Source: Neocallimastix sp. 'constans'
Taxonomy: Eukaryota
DNA length: 64,000 nt
Reading direction: 5' to 3'
Assembly (NCBI GenBank): GCA_050613775.1
Contig: JBODTK010000130.1
Location: 248,001 to 312,000, forward strand
Shown: positions 26,711 through 40,353 of the stretch, one piece after another
How positions within the stretch are numbered: position 1 is the stretch's first letter
How the letters are laid out: each line of letters starts with the position of its first letter
The notes under the pieces: generated by a model
Seen by the model: only the letters and a program-made list of their open reading frames with translations
What the model was told of the DNA's origin: nothing
Database searches by the model: none
Position numbers and translations under genes: made by a program

Positions 26711-27393
26711 GAATAAAAAAAATTTTAAAAGTATTCAATAATATTTTTATTAACTAATAAAAATTAACTAAAAACACAATATTTTCAAAGTAAATTAAGA
26801 TTCTATTACAGGAATTATATAACAAATAAAGTACCAGTAATAAAAAAAAAAATAAAAAAAAAATTTAAATGGCGAAGTTAGCCAAAGTCTGATACTTTAT
26901 ATAATAAAGTGCCTTATAACTAGCACAAAGAAAAATAAAAAAAAAATATAAAAAAAACAATCTTACGCCTTCGGTGACGTAAGCTCCTTATTCGCCAGTG
27001 CTTGGAAAGTACCCGCACCTTCGTGTGTTGAAACGTTGAAGGCTGAACTATTATTACCGGGTCGGTAACCAAATACCTTCGTCTACTTTCCAATTAATTC
27101 CCAAAATAACTATTATCCAATAACCTACTATGAATAATAGATATTTTGTTGTTTTCTGGAAATACACTGTGTATGAGCTCTATCCGCTCCTTGTTATAAT
27201 TTTACAAGATTTGGTTTTTTTAGAATCTTAATTTTACTTATTTAAAAAAAATTTTTTTTTTTTTTTTTTATATATATATATCAAACAAGCGCCATAGGTT
27301 AATCAAAGGATTAACGACTTACTTGTTTATCAATATAAAATAAAAAAAAAAATTAAAAAAAATCTATGTTATTTACTATTATTTCTATTTAAT

Positions 27394-27411
27394 TCCCCGA
27401 TATCTCCACCA
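27394..27411 (-). promoter_or_regulatory. Primer-binding site, tRNA-Ala type 2 (TGGTGGAGATATCGGGGA)
   Basis: Identical 18-mers at 44907-44924 (+), 50349-50366 (-) and 53271-53288 (+), each just after an LTR end. Confidence 0.85.
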
Positions 27412-27716
27412 TATAAATGTTAAGGTTTTAGAGAATTAAATAAAAATAAAGTAAGAAACACAAATTTTATTTATTTATTTATTATTTTTATTTATAAATT
27501 TATTTGATTTTATTTCATGATATTTAAAAATTAGTAGCAAAATTTACAACTATTTATACTTTTTTTTCAAGGCATAAAAGTTGTTCTTGCCACTAAATTA
27601 CATTTTATTTATTTTTTTTTTATAAAAACTATTAAATTTAAATTGAGTTTTATAATCAATTATATAAAATTTAATTATAACAATATAAATAAAATACATT
27701 TATAATATTAATAAAA

Positions 27717-27758
<42 letters not shown>

Positions 27759-28260
27759 CTATCTAAAATATTACTAATAAGAATTTATTTAATTGGCTAT
27801 ATTTTTTATTACAAACTGTTAAAATATTCAAATAAAAATAAAAATACTATTCTAATATAAAGGTTTTTAATAAAATAAAATATTTTTCAATATAAAATAA
27901 AACATTTCGATATAAAATTTTATAATAAAAGTTAAAATATAATATATAAATTTTTAATTATCAATATATAAAAAAATATTATTAATACAAATTTTAATTA
28001 TTAATATAAAAATATAAAAAAATAAGATTTGTTATTGTTTAATATTTATTTATTAATAATTAGATATATAACGCAAGTGTTATATAAATGGTTAACAAAG
28101 ATTTAAAGTACAGATAAAATTACATGTTTTTATATTTAATTGTGGCTTGTTCTAGATACATACTAATTTATATTTTAATTTGTAATTACAATATATTTAA
28201 TATAATTTAATTTAATATTTTATTAAACTTAAGCTAGACTATAACTTTATATTAATAAAA

Positions 28261-31200
28261 TTAACATACGTTAACACTCCCCCTCAAATTAGATTTTTTA
28301 ATATTAAAAATCTTATTTGCAAATATACTCATTTTTGTACCATTAACATCTTTAGTGAGAGCGTCAGCTAACATTTCTTTTGTATCTTTGTATTCTAATT
28401 TTACTTTCCTTTTTACTATATTATCTCTATTAAAATGAAATCTAATATCTATGTGTTTTAACTTTGTATTGATTTCACCATTTTCAATAGTTATTTTACT
28501 TGCTAAATTATCTGTGAAAATGGTAATTGTTTTATTATAATTTATTAATTCTTTTAAAATATTTCTGATCCATAGAATTTTTTTAATATTTTCGGATGTG
28601 CTAATGTATTCTGCTTCTGCTGTAGACGTAGCTACACATGTTTGTTTTTTAGAAATCCAGCATATGGGACTGTTTCCCATAAGTATTATTCCACCAGACG
28701 TAGATTTCCTGTCATTTAGATCACCTCCAAAATCGGCATCAGTGTATGCTATTATTTCCCCTTGTCCATCATATACAATTTTATAATCTTTAGTACTATT
28801 TATATATCTGAAAATATTTGTTATTTTATTCCAGTCTGATATTGTGGGTTTTTCTGATTTTCTGGCAGCCTTGTTCACGGAGAATGCGATATCTGGCCTT
28901 GTGCATTTTGATAGATATATTAAGGAACCTATAGCACTCTTGTAGATTGTTTTATTGAAAGGTTTATTATTTTCAGAGATAGTGTTGTCTCCTGTGCATG
29001 GTGTTTTTCTTTTTCTCATTTCTTTTATATTAAATTTGTCTAATATATTATTTATAAAACTATTTTGTGATATAATATATTTATTCTTTTGTTTTTCAAT
29101 TTTTATGCCAAGTATGAATTCGGCTGGTCCACAATTTGATATTTTAAATTTTTCTTTAATTTTTGTAATTATATTTTGTATTTCTTTGTCTTCACCAGTT
29201 ATGATCATATCGTCTACATATAAACCTATGATGCATTTGGTTTTATTATTCTTTGAATATTTAAATATACACTTTTCAGATTTTATTTGTTTAAATCCAT
29301 TTTTATTTAAAAATTTTGTAATCGTTTGGTTCCATTGCCTACCGGATTGTTTTAATCCGTATAGTGCTTTATTGAGTTTCCAGAATCCCCGCCCAAAGTT
29401 AGTATCACCTAGTGGAATAGTAGTGTAAATATCAGTATCTAATGGAGCGTTGAGATACGCAGCTTTAATATCTAATTGGTAGATATTCCAATTAAACTTA
29501 GCTGCTAAAGCGATAATAAGCTTTAATCCATCAATGTTTAAGGTAGGAGAATAAGTAAGTTCATAATCAATACCTCTACGTTGTTTAAAACCTCTAGCAA
29601 CTAGGCGAGCTTTAAATCTAACAATATTATTATTAGAGTCTTTTTTGGTAGCAAAAACCCATTTTGTCGAAATAAGATTTTTGTTTTTAGGAATGTAATT
29701 AACGATGGACATAACATTATTATTGTATAAATTATTAAGTTCATCTTGTATAGCTTTATACCAGTAATTTTAATTAGGACAATTAATAGCTTCATTAAAA
29801 CTATTAGGTGTATCAGAGTAAATTGTAAAAACCATTTTTTCATTATTGGAAACATCATATTTAGGCCGAGAGATATCATTAGTAATATTAAAGAAAGTTT
29901 CAGGACTTAAAGGACGTTTGAGTACGGACTGATTGTTAATCCCTGTCATATTATCAGTCATATTTACATCTTGGTCAGAAATAATGGAAATAATATTATT
30001 ATTAATGTAATTAGTATCAGAACCTAAATCATGGTTAATAGAATAAGAATCCTGGGGAGTTTTATCGCCAATAGGAATAACATCATTTTCATCTAAATTT
30101 GAACAATTATAATTGTTAATTGATAGATTATCATCAACAACATTATCTAGTAAATTTTCATTAGTAGCAATAATATTATTATTAAAATTGTCATCTTTAA
30201 TATTTTTAGTGACAGAATCTTCATTATTTAAAGATTTATTAAGGGAAAGTTTAAATGTTTTATCAAAAGTATCATTTGTTACAGATGTATTGATTTTATT
30301 ATTATCATTAATTATATTTTTATTATTGACATTTTGAAAAAAAATTTTATTAATAAATTTTTGATTAATTTTTGAAAAATTTTTAAGTTTCATAGATTTA
30401 TTACTGTTATCATTAATTTTATGTAACTTATTATCTTTATTAATAAATGTTGTAGATTCACGTGATGTATTAAAAGATTTTAATTTAGTGGAATTATTAT
30501 TCATAATATTATTATTCTTCGTCATTATTGGGTCTGAATTTAAATTATAAGATTTAATTATTTTACCATTATCCAATGGTTGTAAATTAAAATTTTCTTC
30601 ATTTTTTGAATAATTTTTATTATTAAAATTTTTTTCATTTTTAAATTTAGAAATATCAATATTTTCTTTAAGCGTTTTTACAGGAGTACTGGCAGGGGAA
30701 TTTTCGGTTGGCTTGGAATCATTTATATTTGAGTTAACAGTATTAATCAGAGTCGGTAAAACGATATCATTTTTAAAGGATTTTTTACTATATTCCTTAT
30801 GGGTAATTGAAGGATTTTCAGCATCTTTTCCTTTTTCTGCCCAATTATGTTTATTTTTATAAGAATAACTGCATTCACCTTTTTCAATGTAAGAATTATT
30901 TACCACGTTTTTTAATGAATGATTCAAATTATTTTTATTGTTTACATGGATATTGGTAAATATAAAATCATTATTATTATTATTTAAAGAATTGATATTG
31001 ACCTTTTGAAGTATATTTTGGTTTTCTAGTACTGTGTTAGTATTTTGTTTATTATAATTTTTATTTAAACGAACTATATTATTGTTACTATGTTTTACAT
31101 TAGTTGAAATTTCATTATTTACTTCAGAAATTACATTTGAATTAATATTATTTTTTGCGTATAAATTATTTTGTTCTAAAGTAATATTGTGTTTATTGTT

Positions 31201-34146
31201 ATGTGTGTTATTTGTTTTATTAAAATCCAATAGTTTATTTGTTTTTGTGTCCTTTTCTAAGGTTATGGTTTTAATTTTGTTATTTTTATTGTTTAAATTA
31301 ATTATATCGTCGTTGTTAATATTATAAACCATATTTTCTTTACCTTTATCTATATTTTTATTATTATTCATATTATCTAAAATATTAATAATTATTTTCG
31401 TGTTATTATCATGTAAATTATTTTCTGCTTCTATTTTATTATCCTCGTTATCCATGTTCATATTGTTTAAATTATCGTTTACAATAATGTTATTTAAATC
31501 AATATTATTATTGTTTTCATTTAAATTATTATTTTCATTGTTTAGAACATTATTTATGTTTTCTATATTATTAATTATATTTTCATTTATAATATGATTA
31601 TTTTCATTATTATTATTATTTACTATATTATTATCAATTTTTGTAAAAGAGAAATATGGGTCCACAAATCCTTCTTTCTCATATATATAGTTTGCTGGAC
31701 ATTCCTCTAAACATTCTACTTCTCTGACATGGTGTATTCTTTTGTTTTTTATGTCCATAATCCTATATGAGTAATTTTTCTTGCTGAAACCAAGAAATAT
31801 TCCTTCCTTTGCTTTTGGAGTGAAATTGGATTTGTTTTCCATATTATCAATATAATAACATTTACATCCAAAAGTTCTTAAGTGTTTTAAAGAAATACTT
31901 TTTCCTGATATGACTTCATCAGGTATTAAATTATTATTTCCTTCATGAGGAATCATATTATACAAATAAGCCGCATGTCTTACTGCATATTCCCAGAAAT
32001 TTTCAGATAATTTTGCCCAAAATAATAAAGTTTTAGCTGTGTTTTTTATTGTTTGATTTATCCTTTCGGCTTTTCCATTATTTTCTGGACAATATGGTGG
32101 AGAGAATGATTTTTCAATTCCATTATCTTTACAGTATCTTCTTATTTTCTTATTTTTATATTCTTTACCACCATCTGTTTTAAATATTTTAACTTTATAA
32201 TTATCAAATTGATTGTTAAGGTATTTTAGAAAATCGATTATAATGTCTGGCGCTTCAGCTTTAGATTTTAAAGTGAAGAGCCAAACTTTCCACGAATATT
32301 CGTCCAAGAAAGTTATAAAATATTTTTTGTCATTAATAGAACTGTTATATGGCCCCGAAATGTCAGAGTGTATAACTTCAAGTATCTTGTTTGATTTAGG
32401 ATTGTTCCCATTATGTGGGGAATGCTTCATTTTTACTACTTTACATTCTTTACATTTTGGGATCTTGATCTCGTGTAGTTCTAAATGTTTAGAAATATTT
32501 CTTATATATTGATGGCCCATTCTTCTGTGCCATATTTCTAGACTGTTTTGCCCTAAATCATCTAATGATAAAATATTTTGATTATTTATTATACTTTTTG
32601 TGTTTATTTTAAATTGATTAAAATCAGTTGATAGAAACGTTCCGATAACATTTTTATCACAGTCAGATATAGTCAATTTTACTTTTTCTTGACTTATTGG
32701 CTCAATAACGGATGTTATACCTATTTTTGCGAATTCGATGGCACTTATCAAGTTTTTATGTGCCTTTTTTGAATATAACACTTTGTTTAATTTTATATGG
32801 TAGTTGTTTATGGTAAATTCACAACTACCATATCCTTCAAAGTCTAAAGTAGTATTGTTTGCACATCTTAGTTGTACAAAATCTTCTTTATAATCTTTCA
32901 AAAGGTTTTTATCATTAGTTACATGTTCGTAAGCTCCACTATCATAATACCATTCAACTGTTTCGTTACTTTCTATATTTCTTTCAATTATGTTTACAGA
33001 TTTTTCATCATTATCTATATTATATGGTTCATTTATTGATTCAATTAGCAAAGCATCATTAATATGTGGTTCACATAATGGTCTGATGTCTTCAAAATTA
33101 TCATCTCTTTCGCTGTCACTTTCTTCATATTTAGAAGTTATTTTTTCCACTAAACCAAATGATTTTAATTCTTTTTCTTCATTTTTATGGTTTTTCTGGT
33201 AGAGTGATTGTTGCCTCCCTTCTTTTTTGTTTTCTCTTGCTTTCATATTGTATTTACAATCTTTTGTGAGATGTCCTCTTATCTCACAAATATGACAATA
33301 TAAATTTTTGTTAGTTTTGTTATTGTTTCTGTTTATTTTCTTAACAAAACCTTTTCCTTTATGATAGTTTTTATTTTTATAACGTTTTTCAATTAGATCT
33401 ATATCCATTGGATCATCATGATCATCATGTTCATCCATTGTATTTTCCCAATTTTCTAGATATGATCTAGCTGAAATTCTATCTTTTATACTTTCATATA
33501 ATTGTCTGGCGGTAGTTTCTAAAGTTACATCTATAATGTTTTTAAAGTCATTTGGTAAAATATTGAACATGTACTTTAATTTTTCCCTTTCAGTCAAATT
33601 TACTCCGGCATCTTCCATTTCACCGAATATTTCATTTACGCTATCAGCCATCTTCATTATTTGGCTGCGGTCATTTGCCTTAAGTTTTCGCAATTTCTTG
33701 AGCCAGTATTCAGTGTCATTATTCTTATCACCGTATTTTGAAGTTAGTTTTTCCATAATTGTGAATGTTTTCTTCATTCTACTAACTTCCCTTAATATTT
33801 TTTCTTCAACGTTTTGAATCACCATAAGCATTAACTGAGAGTCTTTCTCTTCTGCTTTAGCAATGATTCTATTTCGGTTTTGAGTAAACACTTCATTGTA
33901 GTTTACATTTTCTCCACGATTTAATTGTAATTCCTCAATAATCTTCAGGATAGCTTTTACCGTCTTAGATTCTTCATTAGGATTAAGTCTATAGTTATTA
34001 TCCTTCAGGTGAGAGATAACATCTTCTTCAATGAATTCTTCCATTCCATATCTCCTAGCTGCAGTCATGATAAGGAAATTCCATGTGGCAAAATTGGATA
34101 CACCACGAAGACGTTGGTCCTTAGCTAAGTTAAATTGATAGGCCAT
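28261..34146 (-). CDS. Copia Gag-Pol (gag, PR, IN, RT, RNase H) with one in-frame TAA at 29770-29772
   Basis: CHICEIRGHLTKDC, WYYDSGA, WHRRMGH, KARLVARGF, YVDD, YTDADF; the two ORFs are in the same frame (...EAINCPN*NYWYKAIQDEL...). Confidence 0.9.
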
Positions 34147-34206
34147 CTTAATACTTTGTTAAAATCGATTTTTAAATTTAAAGCTTTGTAATTTATTATA
34201 GAGTAC

Positions 34207-34220
34207 TGAGACTCTTAATC
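34207..34220 (-). promoter_or_regulatory. Copia PBS complementary to the anticodon arm of tRNA-Lys(CUU) (half-tRNA primer)
   Basis: No TGG after the 5' LTR; instead GATTAAGAGTCTCA, whose complement TGAGACTCTTAATC is the usual Lys-CUU anticodon arm. Confidence 0.75.
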
Positions 34221-34695
34221 TATTATTGTTTAATATTTATTTATTAATAATTAGATATATAACGCAAGTGTTATATAAATGGTTAACAAAGATTTAAAGT
34301 ACAGATAAAATTACATGTTTTTATATTTAATTGTGGCTTGTTCTAGATACATACTAATTTATATTTTAATTTGTAATTACAATATATTTAATATAATTTA
34401 ATTTAATATTTTATTAAACTTAAGCTAGACTATAACTTTATATTAATAAAATTAACATACGTTAACAAGATTTATTATTAATATTGCTAATATTAATTTT
34501 AAATATATAAAAATATTACTATTAATATAAGATTTAATATAAAAATATAAAGTTTAATATAATTTTTGATTTAATTTTTGATCTTTGGATTTAAAAATTT
34601 ATTAAAGTACAAAAATAATAATGTACACATAATGTATTAGAAATAAATCGTAGATTTAATTAAGAATGCATTATTTAGTACATTCTTATCAAAAA

Positions 34696-35221
34696 TGTTG
34701 AGGTTCATATTAGAAAAGGAGTGTGAACATTAAATAAATAGATAAATTAAATAACTATTAAATTACACTAAAAGAATTTATTATTACACATTATAAATTA
34801 ATTTAAAGAAATATTATTAAAAATATTTATTATTTATAAATTATATAATTATTTTATTGTTAAAAATAACTTTATTAATATTAATATTTATTTTAATAAC
34901 AATATGGGAAACCTTTCAATTCTTATTCCTATTTCATTATCACTACTATTTCTACTATTTCTTTTCTCAGAAAGGCCCCCTTCATAAAATAATATGGATA
35001 ATACATATTTTATATTATTTAATTACATTATTAAAACCAATCATATAAATTAATTAATTACATAAATTTAATATAAAAAATAATAAAATATAACTAATAT
35101 AAAAATTATCAATATAGAATATAAGAAAATTATTAATAGTAAAGAATATAATAATATATTTTTATATAATAAATTATTAAAAATTTAATTAAAAATATCA
35201 TTATTATTCTATTCTTTATCA
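34696..35221 (-). repeat. Solo LTR, tRNA-proximal unit of the Trp(+) stack
   Basis: Minus strand TGATAAAGAATAG...CCTCAACA, flanked by A-runs, 14 bp upstream of the tRNA. Confidence 0.8.
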
Positions 35222-35235
35222 AAAAATTTAATGAA

Positions 35236-35307
35236 GGAGGGTTGGCGCAACGGTAGCGCGTCCGCCTCCAGAGCGGAAGGTTGGGTGTTCGAATCACTCA
35301 CTCTCCA
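35236..35307 (+). tRNA. tRNA-Trp(CCA)
   Basis: GGAGGGTTGGCGCAACGGTAGCGCG-TCCGC-CT-CCA-GA-GCGGA...GTTCGAATCACTCACTCTCCA, followed by TTTTT. Confidence 0.97.
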
Positions 35308-35343
35308 TTTTTCTTTTTATATTTTTACATTATAAAGATATTT

Positions 35344-36135
35344 TGATGATTTTACTTAATTATACTAACATTAGTAAGATTCTAGTAAGATAAAATTATA
35401 TTTCATTTTTAGTACAAAAAAACAAAAATTAAATTATCACTTCGTATTATTGATTTTAATATTTTTCATTTCAATAATTTTTAGATCTAATTAATCTCAA
35501 TTTTCAATATTATATTATTCTCTAAAATGTGCTTTCTAATCGTAATAAATCTCTTATCTAGGAAAAGATTAGATAGAAAAACCAAGATAAGTTTTTTGAT
35601 TGATATTCTATTCATATGGATCATCGCATTAATAAAGTAAAACCGATTACTTCCAAGAAGTAATTGGAAAAAACTATAATTAACCGATTCTTAAATCTAA
35701 TCTAATGATCGAAAATAAAAGAATAAAAAAATAAAAGATAAATCGATCATCAAAATATAAATTTACGTTATAAGGAAAATAATACATTAAAAAAATTAAA
35801 TTATGCAATAAATAAAATACAGAATACATTAAAAAATACAGAATACACTATAAAATATAAAATATTATATTAATTTCATATTTTAATTTAAATAAATAAC
35901 TAAACTAATAAATTTTAATATTTAAATGAACAATTAAATAAATTAATTTTTAAATGTATAAAAAAGCCACTTATAAATAAATGCTTAATAGTAAATTAAA
36001 TAAATATTTAATATAATATTATTAATTAAATTTAAGTGCACAAATGTAATATATGTTATATAAAAGTTATATTAATTATAACTTAACTAAGAATCTATAA
36101 TTATTTTGTTAAAAATAATTATAGATTCTTATACA
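35344..36135 (-). repeat. Diverged inverted copy of LTR family X (left end approximate)
   Basis: Clear reverse-complement similarity of about 35530-36135 to 11522-12170. Confidence 0.6.
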
Positions 36136-36345
36136 CAAATGGAAAAATTCGAAAAAATTATTTAATTATGGAGAAAAACAAAACTTTAGTACAAAAAAGA
36201 TTAATAATTTAAAATAAAACTGAACAAAACAATATTTAATTTGCTTTATAATTTATTTATTAAAAAACTAAACTAATTTATTTAATAATTAAACATAAAT
36301 TATTCAATTAATTAAACTATTTAAATTATTTCATATTTATTTTTA

Positions 36346-36700
<355 letters not shown>

Positions 36701-37083
36701 CATAGTTATTATTTTTAGAAATTATTTTTTTCATATATTTATATTCAATTTCATATTTAAAGTTTAATATCTTTGGTATGAAAAGGAATTTAAATATTTA
36801 ATTTAAATATTTATTAATTCATTTATAATTAATAGATAACTAAAATTACTAATAACATGTTAAATAAAAATTCCATAATAGAACATAACAATAAAATAAA
36901 TTAATAATTATATAAACATAATATAAAAATTATTATTAATTAAAAGCTAAAAATAGTATTTTCTATAAAAAAAAATAATAAAATAATGTATAAATAAAAA
37001 AGAGAATTAATAAAGATTAATATCAATATAATAATAATAAAATTTTAACTTATAATTCCCGAACCATTACATTTTAGTGAAAA

Positions 37084-37249
37084 TGTGCTTTCCCTCGAGG
37101 ATCGCGTAGGGTGCTTCTATATGGAGTTTCTTTGCTTATGGGGAGTTGAGAGCGTCGACGCCGTACCGGTATGGCAGTTAATCATACACCCATATTACTA
37201 TATGGGGAAGACCAAAGTCTTCAGTCTATAAAAAAAAAAAAAAAAAAAA
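37084..37249 (+). mobile_element. Poly(A)-tailed retroposed insertion (SINE or 5'-truncated LINE)
   Basis: GC-rich 146-nt body plus A20 tail, flanked by the 13-bp direct repeat ATTTTAGTGAAAA (37071-37083 and 37250-37262). Confidence 0.82.
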
Positions 37250-37716
37250 ATTTTAGTGAAAAGAATATTTTATTCTTTTATTTAAGTTAAAATTAGATAT
37301 CTTCAATAAAATAAATCGCCCTCAATTTGAGAAAAAGAAGATGATTTATTATTACCATCTTCTTTACATTGAATAAAAAAATTTTTCAATTTTATTATTA
37401 AATATAAATAAGTATATATTTTTTGTTTGTTGGTCATATCTCGCTGTAAATTTTTTAATGAATTGACTTTTTTTTCAATAACTCAAGAGAGACAATATTA
37501 GATTATAAATCTAATAAATTAACAGTATATATTAATATTAAAATTCAAAATTATTTAATCAAAAATTACTTTTTTTAAAATGACTTTACCACCTTTTCTA
37601 ATATTAGAATTGTATCCTATCAAAAAAATTTAAAAATACAAAAAAAATTTCATCTAAAATAGTAAACAATATATATTAACAAAAATGAATAATAAAAAAA
37701 ATTAAAACAACAAAAA

Positions 37717-37788
37717 TGGAGAGTGAGTGATTCGAACACCCAACCTTCCGCTCTGGAGGCGGACGCGCTACCGTTGCGCCAACCCTCC
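37717..37788 (-). tRNA. tRNA-Trp(CCA), identical to 35236-35307
   Basis: Exact reverse complement of the first copy, with a T5 terminator. Confidence 0.97.
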
Positions 37789-37801
37789 TTCATTAATTTT
37801 T

Positions 37802-39328
37802 TGTAATACAGAATGAATAAATAATACTAATTGTGCTAGAATAATATAAATTATGTTGAAATTATAACTGAATTGAAATCTCAATTTCAGTTATTTACAT
37901 TTCAATAGTTAACAAATATTATTTATTTAATTATAAATAATATATATATTTAAATAATTAATAATTAATATAAATTCTTATTTAATATTTAAGGAATTAT
38001 CTTAGGCCTAATAATTCTGAGAATATTAGTAAATAAGATTTATATTAATAATTTCAATTATCTACATATGACGTCACATGTATTTATTTATATTATGTTT
38101 ATATATATGTTTACATCATATATATTAACTACTATTTTTAATTATTCAAATTAATTATATAATTATAAATTAAATTTATTTAGTTATATTAAATATTTTA
38201 AACATATCGATATTGTTATTATCTTAATATTTTACTAATATTCATATTACTATATTATTAATATCTTATAATTAAATATTATTATTATGTAACTTACAAA
38301 GTATAAAAGAAAGATGTAAAAATCTATCTTTTATGTTCTTTGTAAGGTTATTGTACTTACAATAATTATATACTAATAATTCAATAAATAAAAATTTTCA
38401 TAAATCCTTCAAAGAAATTATTATTTAAAATATTCTTAGATATTAAGTGTTTAAATAACCTAACTATTTATCTTATATTATTTTTATATTATTATTAATT
38501 AATTATTGTTGGATTATTAATATATAATTCAACATATTAACCTAGTAACGTTATTAATCATAAAACTATTTTATATCTTAATTTTAACAAATTATTCTAA
38601 CCTTATAGATTATTCTATTCTATATAATTGGAACTTTCCAATATTCTTCAAATATTACTAAATAGAAATCTTAAGTTAATAAATCACTAATTAACTTATA
38701 ATTCCTTTTTGAATTATCGATCCGATTCCATTATAATGTATTAAAAATCTTTAGCCAAGAATATTGTCCTTGCCCACTTAATATATTAATATTATATTTC
38801 TTTTGTATTATGTTATATTGAAAATAATCAAATCTATTTAATTAGTTATTAAAATTTTCGTTATCAATTTAAATTTATTTTTAATTACTAAATTTAACTA
38901 AACCACAATAAAATATTCTGTATAATCTCTTTATTTTTATTTTATATATATTAGTATTAAACTATTATTAAATAATTAATAATTCAATAATATATAACTA
39001 CTATTTATAACAATAATATTATTAACTAAAATAATAATTCAATTTCAATTTAAATGTTTTATTTATAAAAATAATTAGTAATTAGTTTATTAAAAAAATA
39101 GTTAGGCTTTACAAATTTTAATTTGATAAAAAAATATAAATACATGTAATTTTAGTGAAATAAAATATAATCAATAACTTTCTTTTTATTAAATAAATAA
39201 TTATATTATTATTTTTTTTTATAAATTTAAATAAATAAACATTGATTTTAAAACAAAATTATTTTTATTGTAATTTTATTATTTGTGTTAATTATTATTA
39301 TATTCCTAAAACTATATGAACCATACCA
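37802..39328 (+). repeat. Solo LTR S1 (tRNA-proximal), interrupted at 37854-38589
   Basis: TGTAATACAGAATG start 13 bp upstream of the tRNA; ends GAACCATACCA followed by TTTT. Confidence 0.75.
37854..38589. mobile_element. Solo LTR (family F) nested in S1
   Basis: TGTTGAA...TTTAACA, TSD AATTA (37849-37853 and 38590-38594); close inverted partial copy at 51067-51282. Confidence 0.88.
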
Positions 39329-39332
39329 TTTT

Positions 39333-40350
39333 TGATAAAGAATGCCTAAATAATGTTCTTTTGGTTATTCATCTTAAATGATTTATTTAACCCTTAAACA
39401 AATTATTTGATTCTTTATTCTTTTGGAACTTTCTATATTCTAATAAATTAATCTATATTCCTAATTAGTACAAATTAAATTATACTAATTAAAAAAGTAT
39501 ATTTAATATTAATTCCTTATCTATGCTACCTTTATTATTCTTATCTATACTTTATTATTATTAAAATCCTTATCAATATTATATAGTTTATTTTATCAAT
39601 TTTCTTTATAGTTTATCAAAATCTTATCAATATTTCTTTTATTAATATTAAACTTATCAATATTAAATATTTCTTTGGAAAATTCCAAATTAAAAATTGT
39701 ATTAATGATTACTAATGAAAAATTAAACATAAAAGAAAATAGTTATATTATTATTATATGTTTTATTATAAATATTATAAATTTGATGAAATGATTATAA
39801 ATTTTATATTAACAATTTAAATAATATTATTTTTCTAAACTTAGTAAAATTAAACTTTAGGATTAAATTAATATTACTAAACCACAGAATTAACTTCTGT
39901 AAAATAAAAAAATTTGTCTTTTAAAATATATAATTAAGTAGATTAGTAATAAATAATTAGTAATAGATTAATATATAAGTATTATTTATTATAAGTTAAA
40001 TAATAATTATATTAATAATAAAAAAAATAATATAAAATATTTAATAATTAATTTTTATTATACAAAGAAATGGCTTTATCATTTCTATTATTTTAAGAAA
40101 AAAAAAATATAAATAACAGTAAAAAAAAAAAAAAAAAAATTGTATTTTTTTATATGTTGTAATTTTAACATTGTAATTTTTAAATAAAAAAAAATTAATA
40201 AAAGGATTATAAAAAATAAAATTTTAAAAAGTTATCTTATTTATTTATTTATTTTTTTGTTTATATTAATCTTTTATTTTTATTTTTATTATTGTTTTAA
40301 TTTTATTTATAATTTTTGAATAATTTTTATAAAAACCCCGAACCAAACCA
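39333..40350 (+). repeat. Solo LTR S2
   Basis: TGATAAAGAATG...CCCCGAACCAAACCA with T-run flanks. Confidence 0.75.
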
Positions 40351-40353
40351 TTT

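Larger units (their letters stand above)
28030..34467 (-). mobile_element. Ty1/copia LTR retrotransposon nested in the 5' LTR of element 3
   Basis: 247-bp LTRs 28030-28276 and 34221-34467, TSD AGATT (28025-28029 and 34468-34472), PPT GAGGGGGAG. Confidence 0.96.
19538..34691 (-). mobile_element. Ty3/gypsy element 3 carrying two nested insertions
   Basis: LTRs 19538-20351 and 27418-34691 (split by a copia), TSD AAAA (19534-19537 and 34692-34695), PBS 27394-27411. Confidence 0.95.

Noticed and set aside
28598..33817. Plus-strand ORFs overlapping the copia polyprotein
   Set aside because: Antisense shadows with no motifs.
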